A DNA stretch of 64,000 nucleotides from Dehalococcoidia bacterium (GTDB lineage: Bacteria; Chloroflexota; Dehalococcoidia; GIF9; UBA5629), in assembly GCA_034429715.1 (NCBI GenBank), contig DAOUFR010000058.1, forward strand, positions 7,811 to 71,810. Direction: 5' to 3'. Below are positions 36,901 to 47,135 of the stretch, piece by piece. Both the position numbers and the translations under genes were made by a program. Under the pieces are notes generated by a model. The model was not told the origin of the DNA. It was given only the letters and a program-made list of their open reading frames with translations, and did not search any database. The first letter of the stretch is position 1. Each line of letters begins with the position of its first letter.

Positions 36901-38052
36901 TTGGATTTCACATATTCAGAATTTCAAGAATCCACCAGGAAACTTGTTCATGAATGGGTAGAGAACGAGGTTAGACCGGAGGAATATCATCGTTTCACTT
37001 CAGGCGTATGGGATTCTGCTTTATTTCGCCGACTGGGTGAACTGGGTATTTCACAGATGCTGTTCTCTGAAGAGTGGGGTGGCGTCAATGCGGACTATCT
37101 CACATGGTGCCTTGTTCTGGAGACTGTGGCTCGCGGCGATCCCGAGATGGCAGGTTGCCTGATGGTTACGATGGCTAATGCAAGGCAAGTTGTTGAGACG
37201 GCGACGGAAGAACAGAAGGCGGCCTTCAAAGATAAATACCTGACGCCTGTAATCAACGCTGAATGCATGTGTTCGGGAGCGATTACGGAGCCGGAAGCAG
37301 GCACTGACGTTTCGCGTATACAGACAAAAGCCAACCTTGTTGACGATAAATGGATTATTAATGGAGAAAAAACTTATATAACTAATTCAGGACTGGAGAA
37401 TAACGTTTTTATAAGCGTACTTTGTGTTACCGATAACAAAGGATCGAAAGAGTTCAATTACATCTTCGTACCTACCGATACTCCAGGTATCACAATTAAT
37501 CCTATGAGGACCATGTACGGTTCCAGTCATGAGCTCGGGCAGATATTTTTTAATGATTGCTGTGTACCGGCATTTAATCTGCTCGGTCAAAGGGGGAAAG
37601 GTCAAAAATATGTGGTGCGAGATGTTTTTGCTACTGCCAGGATAGGTGTCGCTTCTTTAGCACTGGGTGTAGCCGATGCCTGCTTCGAAGATGCGCTGAG
37701 TTATGCTAAAAATCGTATAGCGTTCGGGCGTCCCATCTCCAAGCATCAGTATATTAAATTTTCGCTTGCTGAAATGGCTCTCACAAATGAGTTGAGCAGA
37801 ATGATGCGGGATAAAGCTGCCATGTCTGTAGTGGGCGGCACTTATAACATGAAATTGAGCTCGATGTCGAAATTTTTCTGCTGTGAATCAGCCAATCAAG
37901 TGGCTTATAAAGCAATTCAGATACACGGTGGATTAGGCCTGATGGATGAAGTGCGCGTGTCACGGTTCTACAGGTTTGTCAGAGGAATGACAATCGCTGA
38001 CGGTACTTCGGAAATACAAAGACACATCATTGCGAGAGAACTGGATATATAG
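36901..38052 (+). CDS. acyl-CoA dehydrogenase
   Basis: An ACAD fold is present with the catalytic Glu region near the C-terminus (IADGTSEIQRHIIAREL). A TTG start follows a GAAGGAG RBS. Confidence 0.8.
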   Translation: MDFTYSEFQESTRKLVHEWVENEVRPEEYHRFTSGVWDSALFRRLGELGISQMLFSEEWGGVNADYLTWCLVLETVARGDPEMAGCLMVTMANARQVVETATEEQKAAFKDKYLTPVINAECMCSGAITEPEAGTDVSRIQTKANLVDDKWIINGEKTYITNSGLENNVFISVLCVTDNKGSKEFNYIFVPTDTPGITINPMRTMYGSSHELGQIFFNDCCVPAFNLLGQRGKGQKYVVRDVFATARIGVASLALGVADACFEDALSYAKNRIAFGRPISKHQYIKFSLAEMALTNELSRMMRDKAAMSVVGGTYNMKLSSMSKFFCCESANQVAYKAIQIHGGLGLMDEVRVSRFYRFVRGMTIADGTSEIQRHIIARELDI

Positions 38053-38071
38053 GTAATTACAATATATAAAT

Positions 38072-38884
38072 GTGCCGGGCAAGCTGTGCAGCGGCAACAG
38101 GAGGTGCGTTATTTCAACTGATACACTGATCTTCGATAGAGATGGACAGGTGGGTATAATCACTTTTAATCGACCTGAGCGACTTAATGCTATTAACTGG
38201 CAGATGGCACATGATTTTTCAGTTCTCTTTGATGATATCTATGATGATGAAAGTATAAAAACCATTATCCTCACCGGTTCCGGCAAAGGGTTCTGCGCCG
38301 GAGCCGATATCGTGGAAATAATGGACCCGGATGCCAGGCATATATCAGAGAATATGGGTTATGAAATTTTTAATAAAATTGAGAATCTTCGGAAGCCGGT
38401 CATTGCCGCCATTAACGGTAGCTGCAACGGGGGTGGATTGGAATTAGCATTATGCTGTGATTTTCGTATAGCTTCGGAGAAGGCAAATTTCGGTTTAGGC
38501 GAAGTTAAAATAGGTGTCATGCCGGCGGCCGGCGGCACTGCGCGTTTACCACGTTTGATCGGGGTGGCGAGGGCCAAAGAGATGCTGTATTTCGGGAACC
38601 GTATCAATGCAAAGGAAGCTGCCGAGATAGGTCTGATAAACCGGGTCGTCAGCCATGATGCTTTGCTGGAAGAAACTCGAAAATGGGCAAATGAGCTTGC
38701 CGAAAGAGCGCCGTTATCGCTTCAGATGTTAAAGTGGTGTGTCAACTACGGCATGCAGATGGATCTTCCAGGCGCGCTGCAATACGAGGCAAGATGCGCG
38801 GCCACTCTACGAAAAAGCGAGGATTTTAAAGAAGGCGTCAGCGCGTTTGTCGAAAAACGCAGACCTGACTTTAAAGGGATGTAA
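38072..38884 (+). CDS. enoyl-CoA hydratase/isomerase family protein (start codon uncertain)
   Basis: A crotonase signature is present (GIITFNRPERLNAIN, ILTGSGKGFCAGADI). An AGGAGG sequence inside the track ORF suggests the true start lies downstream of 38072. Confidence 0.7.
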   Translation: MPGKLCSGNRRCVISTDTLIFDRDGQVGIITFNRPERLNAINWQMAHDFSVLFDDIYDDESIKTIILTGSGKGFCAGADIVEIMDPDARHISENMGYEIFNKIENLRKPVIAAINGSCNGGGLELALCCDFRIASEKANFGLGEVKIGVMPAAGGTARLPRLIGVARAKEMLYFGNRINAKEAAEIGLINRVVSHDALLEETRKWANELAERAPLSLQMLKWCVNYGMQMDLPGALQYEARCAATLRKSEDFKEGVSAFVEKRRPDFKGM

Positions 38885-38989
38885 TTCCTGAGGCCATAAT
38901 ATCCAGGCCTTGTGAATCTGCCACGTGCTTTGGTGATATGGATTCCAAAAGGTGCACCATCATTTAGCTTTAATGAGGAGAACATTGTC

Positions 38990-40177
38990 ATGCAAGCCCT
39001 CTCGGGATTAAGAGTATTGGATCTCTGCCATTTAGGTCCCGGTATGTATGCCACCATGATACTGGGCGATTTCGGCGCCGAGGTCATAAAAATTGCGAGA
39101 CCAACTGATAATATTGATGCGTTCAAAGACGATCGAGTTGCGTGGAGCCTGGGCAGAGTTCTGTATTCCAATCATCGCGCCTATAATCGAAATAAACAGA
39201 GCATGATTTTAAATTTAAAATCTCCTGAAGGAAAGGAGATTTTTTACAGGCTCTGCAAAACTTCAGATATTATCGTCGAAGGATTCAGGCCGGGTATCAC
39301 CAAAAAACTTAGAATAGACTACGAGTCCGTTAGAAAAATTAATACCAGCATAATATATGCGTCATTAAGCGGATATGGACAGGACGGTCCATATGTAGAG
39401 ATGCCGGGGCATGATCTGAACTACACTGCGATGAGTGGCGTATTGAATATGATTGGGAATCCACAGGCAGCCCCGGTAATCCCGATGAATTTCATAGCAG
39501 ATCTTGCCGGCGCCGCCTTACATGCAACCATCGGGATATTGATCGCCCTTGAAGCCAGGCGAAAGACCGGGAAGGGGCAGTACATCGATATCTCCTATCT
39601 TGACAGCGTTCTTTCCTTGGCTACGCCTTTCATCTTCGATCATATGAATTACGGCGTGGAATATGAACGCGGCAGTTCGCCATTCAACGGAGGATATCCC
39701 TGCTACAACATATACAGGACGAAAGATGGCAAATATATCACTATAGGTTGTATTGAACCCGTATTCTGGATCAATTTATGCCGTTTCATCGGCAGGGAAG
39801 ATTTTATTCCGGATCAACTATGCGAGGCAGAAAAAAAGCAGCAAATATTTAGTTATATATGCGATTTTTTTCTCAATAAAAATCGTGATGAGTGGTTCGA
39901 ACTGATGAAAGACAAAAATATACCTGTCGGAAAGGTCTATGACCTTAAAGAGCTTCCATTCGATCAGCAGATACAGCACAGGAAAATGCTGAAGGAAATT
40001 AAAATTGTTGGAGAGCGTGCCGAAAAGGTGGTAGATACCGGCATTAAGCTATCAGAGACGCCTGGAGGAATTTCCAGAGCGTCTCCTTTATCGGGAGAAC
40101 ATACAGAAACTATTTTATTGCAGTTAGGTTACAATAAATCTGAAATTGAAGAACTCCGAAACAAAGGCATTATTTAA
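38990..40177 (+). CDS. family III CoA-transferase (CaiB/BaiF/BbsEF-like)
   Basis: The N-terminus is LSGLRVLDLCHLGPGMYATMILGDFGAEVIKI and the catalytic Asp region is present. GAGGAG precedes ATG 38990. Confidence 0.8.
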   Translation: MQALSGLRVLDLCHLGPGMYATMILGDFGAEVIKIARPTDNIDAFKDDRVAWSLGRVLYSNHRAYNRNKQSMILNLKSPEGKEIFYRLCKTSDIIVEGFRPGITKKLRIDYESVRKINTSIIYASLSGYGQDGPYVEMPGHDLNYTAMSGVLNMIGNPQAAPVIPMNFIADLAGAALHATIGILIALEARRKTGKGQYIDISYLDSVLSLATPFIFDHMNYGVEYERGSSPFNGGYPCYNIYRTKDGKYITIGCIEPVFWINLCRFIGREDFIPDQLCEAEKKQQIFSYICDFFLNKNRDEWFELMKDKNIPVGKVYDLKELPFDQQIQHRKMLKEIKIVGERAEKVVDTGIKLSETPGGISRASPLSGEHTETILLQLGYNKSEIEELRNKGII

Positions 40178-40243
40178 ATGACCAGCGCATAGCCGAGCTC
40201 ATCTGAGAAATCGTACGTATTTGATCTGCATAAGCATATCAAG

Positions 40244-41539
40244 CTATTTGGCTTCCAACAATCCCATAGCGCGGTCCACCTCGCGGGCGCGGTGGTAATC
40301 AGCGTTGAAGTATTTGGACGACCACAGGTAGCCGAAGCTGCTGAGGAAGCCGATACCGGATATGACGAGGAATGACGTTTGTATGTTAACGGCGTCGGAA
40401 ACAGCCCCCATCAGTATGGGACCCCACATGCCGCCCAGGATGTAGCCGGTGAGCATATAGAGACCCATGGCCGTGGAGCGCTGATAGGCGGGCACGATCT
40501 CCTGCACCGCGTTGAGCTGGGCTGCGACAAAGGCGGAGGTGAAGAACACGCCGATGGCGAATACCGGCAGGGAAACGAAGTAAGTGCCCGCCGCCATGAA
40601 GATGCTGGCCAGCAGCATGACCACAACGATGACCAGTACTTTGTTGCGCGGGTTATTCTGAGAGACCTTATCCGTCACCCATCCGCCCAGCGGCATGGCG
40701 ATGATAGCCGTTAGAGCAAGGCCGGCCGAGACTGAGCTGGCCAGCACCGTGTCCATGCCCATAGTGCGGTTCAGCAGCACCGGCACCCAGGGCACATAGC
40801 CCAGCACGTAGCACATCTCGAGCGCGATGGTAAGATAAAGGATGGGCAGGGTTTTGATCTTTACGAACTCCTTGAGCGTCGAACCCAATGCGTTGCTGCG
40901 GGGTACATCCCCCGCTTTGTGAAGCGCCGATTTGTCTATCTTATAGTCGGGCATGAACCAGGCCAGGATGCCGAAGATGATGCCCGGTGCGGCCACAGCC
41001 ATGAACGCGGCCTGCCAGCCGAAGCTCTTGGTGACGAAACCCCCGATCAGGAAGCCGAAGGCCGAACCAAAGGGTATAGCAGCCACCCAGATACCGGTAA
41101 CCAGCGCGCGCCTGGCCTTGTTGATCATAGCGGCGATAAGGGCCATGCCACCCGAGACGAAACTGGCCTCACCGACTCCCACCACCGTCCTGGTGGCCAG
41201 CAACTGCCCGAAGTTAATGCAGAAGCCGGACAGCAGGCTGGCCACGCTCCAGATAACGGACATCAACGAGATCATTTTGGACCGGCTCCAGCGGTCGATA
41301 AGGTAGGACAGCGGAAGCGCAAAGACCGCTACCCCGATAAGCACCACAGACATCAGCCAGCCCACCTCGGTATCGCTCAGCCCCAGGTCGGCCTTTAAGG
41401 CCGGCGTCATGGGGCCGATCACCGACCGCAGCGCGTAGTCCATCATATAGAGGACGAAAAGTACAACTATCGTGTACCAGACCTGCCACGGCTTCACTTT
41501 AATCAGGACATCGCTATTTTCCGTTTGCCCTTTTTTCAT
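40244..41539 (-). CDS. MFS transporter
   Basis: It has 12 predicted TM helices and the MFS signature. GGAGG precedes ATG 41539. Confidence 0.75.
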   Translation of the reverse strand: MKKGQTENSDVLIKVKPWQVWYTIVVLFVLYMMDYALRSVIGPMTPALKADLGLSDTEVGWLMSVVLIGVAVFALPLSYLIDRWSRSKMISLMSVIWSVASLLSGFCINFGQLLATRTVVGVGEASFVSGGMALIAAMINKARRALVTGIWVAAIPFGSAFGFLIGGFVTKSFGWQAAFMAVAAPGIIFGILAWFMPDYKIDKSALHKAGDVPRSNALGSTLKEFVKIKTLPILYLTIALEMCYVLGYVPWVPVLLNRTMGMDTVLASSVSAGLALTAIIAMPLGGWVTDKVSQNNPRNKVLVIVVVMLLASIFMAAGTYFVSLPVFAIGVFFTSAFVAAQLNAVQEIVPAYQRSTAMGLYMLTGYILGGMWGPILMGAVSDAVNIQTSFLVISGIGFLSSFGYLWSSKYFNADYHRAREVDRAMGLLEAK

Positions 41540-41604
41540 CACAACCTCCGACATTTATTGTGGCAGCGGCATATACGCGCCGCCCCATATAATAGGAATA
41601 TATT

Positions 41605-42801
41605 CTATTTTTTTACAACAGTGGCCGAGCAATTACCCTGTTTGCCGGCATTGACTGTGAAACCGACTTTAGCGCCCTCGATCTGCCTCGGTCCGGAAAC
41701 GCCCCTCATCTGCCATGTAAGCTCGCATACCTGGGCCATGGCCTGGGCCGGGATAGCCTCTCCAAAAGAGGCACAGCCGCCGCTGGTATTGACCGGCATC
41801 CTGCCCCCCATCCCCGTAACGCCTTCCCGCAACAGCTTCTCAGCGTCTCCCCGCTTGCAGAGCCCGATCTCCTCGTACCAGCCCAGCTCGAAGGCAGAGC
41901 TGAGATCGTATACTTCCGCCAGGTCCAGGTCTTCGGGTCCGATACCAGCTTCTTCGTAGGCGTTGTAGGCCGCCCGGACTCCCATGCCGTTGCTGAACTC
42001 GAGATCACCCGAGTCGCTGGCAATATCCAGGCCGTAGCCTCCGCTCCTGGGATCGGGGTATTTGGGAGTGGCTATTCCCACGCTGGCCAGTCTGACAGGC
42101 TTACGGATGTGTTTTTTAGCCGCCTTCATGCTGCTGAGGACGATTGCAGCTGCGCCGTCGCTGGTCGCGCATAGCTCATACAGTCGCAGAGGATAAGTTA
42201 CCATGGGTGATTTGAGCACATCCTCGACGGTAAACGTTTTCTTGAAGCGCGCAAGGGGATTGAGCGATCCGAATTTGGCATTTTTTACCTTCACCAGGGC
42301 AAGGTCGTTTTCGGTCATTCCATAATGGTGCATCCTGTATGTAGCCATGAAAGCAAAACCCGTGGGATTGGTCAGCCCCAGTATCCTGAAACGCTGTGAA
42401 TCCAGGTCGTTCGGATCATCTTCCCGGCCAACAGTGGTGACACCGAAGAAACCGGAGGGCGAAATGCTGGCCGCCACGACCAGTACATAATCACAGAAGC
42501 CGGAGTTGATGTAGGCCTGCGCTGTCTTCAACGCGTATCCGCCTGTTGCGCAGGCGTTATACACATTGACCACCGGTATGCCGTTATTGCCTATTTTTTG
42601 CGATAATCTGCAGCCGGCTAACAGGCCATCGACACCGCTCCATGGATCCGAACCTGCCACGACAAACTGGATGTCTTTCCACTCCAGGCCGGCGTCTTTC
42701 AAAGCTTTTTGAGCCACCTCAAGATTCAGCTCGGGAACGCTCTTATCTTTTATTTTTCCCCAGGGATGCATAGCAACTCCCAGAATAGCTACTTCATTCA
42801 T
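41605..42801 (-). CDS. thiolase (SCP-x type; catalytic partner of the DUF35 protein)
   Basis: A thiolase fold is present with the active-site Cys in VYNACATGG. It lies immediately downstream of the DUF35 gene. Confidence 0.8.
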   Translation of the reverse strand: MNEVAILGVAMHPWGKIKDKSVPELNLEVAQKALKDAGLEWKDIQFVVAGSDPWSGVDGLLAGCRLSQKIGNNGIPVVNVYNACATGGYALKTAQAYINSGFCDYVLVVAASISPSGFFGVTTVGREDDPNDLDSQRFRILGLTNPTGFAFMATYRMHHYGMTENDLALVKVKNAKFGSLNPLARFKKTFTVEDVLKSPMVTYPLRLYELCATSDGAAAIVLSSMKAAKKHIRKPVRLASVGIATPKYPDPRSGGYGLDIASDSGDLEFSNGMGVRAAYNAYEEAGIGPEDLDLAEVYDLSSAFELGWYEEIGLCKRGDAEKLLREGVTGMGGRMPVNTSGGCASFGEAIPAQAMAQVCELTWQMRGVSGPRQIEGAKVGFTVNAGKQGNCSATVVKK

Positions 42802-42841
42802 TATTTCACCTCATTATTTAACGCTGATATTTGTGTTGCCC

Positions 42842-43291
42842 TCATTTGTGAGCAGGCCTGAACTTCCATGCCATAACGTCGTTGCCCTGGCTGTCCTCAT
42901 ACAGCTTCTCGATTACGACGTCCATATCCATGCCGACCTCCAGGTTTTTCTCGTCATAGCCGGAGGAAATCTGGCCTGTGATGCTGATGCCTTCAGGCAG
43001 GCTGACCATCCCGACCCCGAAGGGAACAAATGGATCCGGTGCGTGGTATGGCGGGGGCGGCGAAAAATAGTTGATGGAATAGGCCTCCAGTTTGCCTTTA
43101 TTGCTGAGCATCACCGATTGCATGGTACCGTCTTTTTTGCAGTTCGGATTGCGGCATACCTGTGCCGGCGGGAAGAAATAGCCGTTGCACAAAGAGCATT
43201 TGCTGGCTATGATATGCGGCTCCCTGGGCGGCATGGTGAACCAGCCCTGGATGGCGGGAACCTGTTGTTTTTGCGCGTTTTGATCGCTCAT
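42842..43291 (-). CDS. DUF35 Zn-ribbon/OB-fold protein (BbsA-like thiolase partner)
   Basis: It carries CSLCNGYFFPPAQVCRNPNC (a rubredoxin-like Zn ribbon) followed by an OB-fold region. An AAGGAGG RBS is present. Confidence 0.75.
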   Translation of the reverse strand: MSDQNAQKQQVPAIQGWFTMPPREPHIIASKCSLCNGYFFPPAQVCRNPNCKKDGTMQSVMLSNKGKLEAYSINYFSPPPPYHAPDPFVPFGVGMVSLPEGISITGQISSGYDEKNLEVGMDMDVVIEKLYEDSQGNDVMAWKFRPAHK

Positions 43292-43327
43292 GGATGACCT
43301 CCTTAATTCTTATCCGATCTTTGTTTC

Positions 43328-44215
43328 TTACGTTAGCTTCGTGGTATCGAAAGCAGTCTTTGCCCCATCGGGCATGTAGTCGTAGAACCCTTTGCCTGCC
43401 TTCTTGCCCAGGCGTCCGGCCTGTACCATCTTGTCGATCAGTGTAGATGTCGGAGCATACGATTCAACTCCCATAGCCTTGAACGCCTGGCCGACACGCT
43501 GATAGACGTCCAGCCCTGCGTAGTCCGCCATCTCGAACGGGCCCAGAGTCCATCCGTACCCATATTTCATACCTGCATCGACATCCTGAACCGTAGCAAT
43601 GCCCTGTTCCACCAGGTTAAGGGCCTCGCGGAAGGCCGTGCCACTGATACGGTTCATGATGAAACCGGGTATATCTTTCATGACTTTCACCGGATATTTA
43701 TTAAGCGAAAGTATGAAATCCACGCTTTTCTGGAAAACCGCTGCGGATGTTTTTTCTCCTTTGATCACTTCAACCAGCAGCATCAGAGGTACCGGACCAA
43801 AGAAGTGCAGCCCCACCATCCTCTCGGGATGCTGTGCATCCATGGCCAGCCGTGTAATACGTATGCTGGATGTGTTGCTGGCTAGAATGGTCTCCGCCGG
43901 ACAGATTCTTTCCAGCTCCTGGAAAAGTCCTTTCTTGAGTTTTTCGTCTTCATAAACCGCTTCGATGACCCACGGGCACTTTGCGGCGACGGCAAGATCT
44001 TTTACTGCGCTGATCCTCTCCTGTACGGCTTTAGCCGGATCCCTGAGCTGGCCCTTGCTCTCGAGTTTCCCGGTCGACCAGCGGATATCGGCGAGGGCTT
44101 TTTCAACAGCCTCAGCATTGGAATCATACAGGTAGACGCGGTAGCCATTCTGGGCGGCAACCTGTGCGATGCCGGTGCCCATAAAGCCGGCGCCGACGAC
44201 GAGGACGTTTTCCAT
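43328..44215 (-). CDS. 3-hydroxyacyl-CoA dehydrogenase (paralog of the 17887-18771 gene)
   Basis: VLVVGAGFMGTGIAQV is present. It is roughly 65% identical to the other Hbd by eye. Confidence 0.8.
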   Translation of the reverse strand: MENVLVVGAGFMGTGIAQVAAQNGYRVYLYDSNAEAVEKALADIRWSTGKLESKGQLRDPAKAVQERISAVKDLAVAAKCPWVIEAVYEDEKLKKGLFQELERICPAETILASNTSSIRITRLAMDAQHPERMVGLHFFGPVPLMLLVEVIKGEKTSAAVFQKSVDFILSLNKYPVKVMKDIPGFIMNRISGTAFREALNLVEQGIATVQDVDAGMKYGYGWTLGPFEMADYAGLDVYQRVGQAFKAMGVESYAPTSTLIDKMVQAGRLGKKAGKGFYDYMPDGAKTAFDTTKLT

Positions 44216-44312
44216 TTATTATTCTCCTTCTGACTTTTATTACCTGTCTAACGGGAATCAGCCGTCTCAACCGGCAAACCTTCGATTTTCAAACTTCAGC
44301 TTGTGGTAGGTG

Positions 44313-45608
44313 TCATTTTTCGGCCAGCAGATGCTCGTGTTTGACCTTATCCATGTCAGCAATATAGGGCCGGGAAGCCATGAAATAGCACAGTCCGCCC
44401 AAAACGCCGCCCAGGGTAGCAATTATCAGCGCGGTGCCCAGCGCCTGCGCATCCTGCCCCAGCGCATTGGAGATGGCTCCGACCAGGTAAGGGCTCCAGC
44501 CGCCGCCGAATACGTACATGAAAAAGATCATGGCGCCCCATACCAGGCCTTTCTGGGCTACCGGGGCGACATCCTGAGCCATGGCCATGATGCAGGGAAT
44601 CGCCATCACATTTAAAATGCCGTAGACAATGATGAGGACCATGCCCAGCGGCCCTTTTAACTGTAAGAACAGGGCTGCTGCAAGGAAAAAGGCGCTGAGT
44701 ATAATGGTGATGGCCGGCACATAGAGCCTGCCCCTGGGATTTTTCCTGAACCACAAATCCGCCAGGAATCCGCCCAGTGGCGAGCCGATGATGGCAGCCA
44801 GGACGATAGGAACAAGTATGCTGTTGGCGGCCTGCACATCCACTCCCCAGGCACGTCCGATAAAAGCCGGCGACCAGAAGAGAAATGACATCGACATAAC
44901 GTTGGCCAGGCCGTAGCCGACGAAGGTCCAGACCAGCGTGGGGATTTTAAAGAGACCGATTATTGAGTGGCCGAAATCCACCTTCATGCCGGGCGCCTGG
45001 TCTGCTTCCACGGTCTTGTAATCCTTCATAAAGAATGCCATCAGACCCAGGGCGATGCCCGGTATGGCGAAGATGAAGAACGGCGCCTGCCATCCGTACT
45101 GCTTGGCTACAATGCCTCCGGCGAGTGAACCCAGCGCTATTCCCAGCGGCACAGCTGCATTGAACACGCCCATGGCTATGCCGCGCGCCTTTTTCGAGTA
45201 AGCGGCGCCGATCATGGCCGAGCCGCCCGGCACAAATCCGGCTTCACCCACTCCGACAAGACTGCGGGGGACCAGGAAGCTCCAGAAATTCCAGGCAAAT
45301 CCGTTGGCGGCAGTGAACATACTCCAGAGCAGCGCCATTATGCCGACAGCCTTGCGCCTGCTCCAGCGGTCTATCAGATAGGAAATGGGAAATGAGAAGA
45401 CCGCGATGCTCAAAAGGAATACCGTCCCGAGGATACCCATTTCACTATCATTAAGCCCCAGGGCGGCTTTCATGGGCTCTACAACGGCGGCCACGACCTG
45501 CCGGTCCATGAAGTTAACCATCAGGAGGAGAGTACAGGTGATCAGTATATATAGTTTTCCCCCAGCTCCGGCCTTATATTCTTTTGGCGCACCTGTATCT
45601 GTCGACAC
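44313..45608 (-). CDS. MFS transporter (paralog of the 40244 gene)
   Basis: TM topology and MFS motifs fit. An AGGAGG RBS precedes the GTG start. Confidence 0.75.
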   Translation of the reverse strand: MSTDTGAPKEYKAGAGGKLYILITCTLLLMVNFMDRQVVAAVVEPMKAALGLNDSEMGILGTVFLLSIAVFSFPISYLIDRWSRRKAVGIMALLWSMFTAANGFAWNFWSFLVPRSLVGVGEAGFVPGGSAMIGAAYSKKARGIAMGVFNAAVPLGIALGSLAGGIVAKQYGWQAPFFIFAIPGIALGLMAFFMKDYKTVEADQAPGMKVDFGHSIIGLFKIPTLVWTFVGYGLANVMSMSFLFWSPAFIGRAWGVDVQAANSILVPIVLAAIIGSPLGGFLADLWFRKNPRGRLYVPAITIILSAFFLAAALFLQLKGPLGMVLIIVYGILNVMAIPCIMAMAQDVAPVAQKGLVWGAMIFFMYVFGGGWSPYLVGAISNALGQDAQALGTALIIATLGGVLGGLCYFMASRPYIADMDKVKHEHLLAEK

Positions 45609-45667
45609 TAACCACCTCCTTTTCAGTGGGCTGTTATCGTATCGTTCTGCCGATTATTATTCTTTTT

Positions 45668-47029
45668 TTACCAGTCCAGGCCTTTGGATCTGCGGACCTT
45701 CCTGTAATGGTCCATGGTCTGTTCGAAGGCCTCGGCCCTGGCCAGTGTGTCCTGGGGATTGAAAACACGCTTGTCGATGATGTCGCCCTCGACCCACAGG
45801 GTGGGGACGTCCAGCTTCTTGAGCAGGAAATCCTGTATCGGTCGGAGATTGGAACTGGCTGCGCGGCAGGAGATAAGAGGATGCAGGAAAAATCCGTCGG
45901 CGCGATACCCCCCGGCGTAATTCAGATAGCATGCTACGATGGGATTATTGATGCTGTTCTTCCGGGCATGCTGATGTATGTTGAATACGAAGTTACGAGA
46001 GAGGCGCGCCAGCTTCTCTACGGGATTGCTGACCCTGCTCAGGTCCGGTGGTTTGGGGGCGTGATAGCCGTAGCCTTCGAAGACGAAATTCCAGCCCCTC
46101 TCGGCCAGGCTGTCGAAGAACTTGAGGCTGTGCCAGGGGGGCAACTCGGCGAAGATCAGCCGGTACCTCTCGGGATAGTTGATGGCTGCTTCTTTATTTT
46201 TAATCCTCTCCTGTACCTCGGCCAGCATGTCCTGGTACAATTTAAGAGACATCTTCATATCACCGGCGAAGAAAAGCGACGGCGGCATGCTGCTCCAGAA
46301 ATCTGTGCTGTGCATGGGCCCGGGTATGGCCTTGCGGGCCTCGCTGATCTGCCAAACGGTTTCGTGGATCTGAATGGCCAGGTCCATCAGCTCTTCGAAC
46401 CTGTTCCAGTCCATCTTCTTCTTGAAAAGTTTCTCCAGGAAGGAGATGTAATCGTTGAGCTCTTTAACCAGGAACTTCACCTGATACCCTTCGAGATCCT
46501 CCTCCGAGCCCTCGGCAGTGCCCATCACCGGCATCTCAAGGCACCATTGCGGCGCATCGAAGTACCTGGCCAGCGCCTGGAACCACTTGAAGCGCGCATC
46601 GCAGAAGATGCCCGAGCCGAGCAATAGCTGTGGTCTGGCCATTCCGCCCAGCGGGGCGTCGGGTGGAATATTGCCGTTGTTTTCCTTCATCATGCGGCAG
46701 GAGTAGCCGATAGTGGCCCTGCCGTATCCGCACATATGGTTGGGGAAGCCGTCAGAGTCCGAGGCGTCTAAGAATTGCTCGGCTGTGCCGGAGGCCGCCA
46801 GCAGCGTGGAATAATTCTCGGGATATACGATATTGAGGTCCATGGCCTTGAGAGGGATATCCCCTTCGAAGATGGTGAGCATGGACCAAACAGTAGGTCG
46901 GCCCTCTTTGCTGGCCTGCAGCGTATCGACATAGTCCTGCTGTACCAGGTTGCGCAGCGGGTACATGCTCTTCAGGCGGTTGATGGCCCTTTTCTTCTCG
47001 GTTTTAACCGTAGTTTCTGTTTCACTCAT
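45668..47029 (-). CDS. benzoyl-CoA reductase BzdO/BcrB-like (2-hydroxyacyl-CoA dehydratase family) large subunit, extra paralog
   Basis: It is about 80% identical by eye to the 52390-53751 gene across its full length. GGGAG precedes the ATG at 47029. Confidence 0.7.
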   Translation of the reverse strand: MSETETTVKTEKKRAINRLKSMYPLRNLVQQDYVDTLQASKEGRPTVWSMLTIFEGDIPLKAMDLNIVYPENYSTLLAASGTAEQFLDASDSDGFPNHMCGYGRATIGYSCRMMKENNGNIPPDAPLGGMARPQLLLGSGIFCDARFKWFQALARYFDAPQWCLEMPVMGTAEGSEEDLEGYQVKFLVKELNDYISFLEKLFKKKMDWNRFEELMDLAIQIHETVWQISEARKAIPGPMHSTDFWSSMPPSLFFAGDMKMSLKLYQDMLAEVQERIKNKEAAINYPERYRLIFAELPPWHSLKFFDSLAERGWNFVFEGYGYHAPKPPDLSRVSNPVEKLARLSRNFVFNIHQHARKNSINNPIVACYLNYAGGYRADGFFLHPLISCRAASSNLRPIQDFLLKKLDVPTLWVEGDIIDKRVFNPQDTLARAEAFEQTMDHYRKVRRSKGLDW

Positions 47030-47135
47030 AAAATACACTCCCAGTGGAGAGAAGCATTCTCCAGGCGAGAAAGCGACTACTCTCAGGACGCAGTGAATAC
47101 GAAGCGGATAAAAGGCGAAACTTCGATACCGGTTG

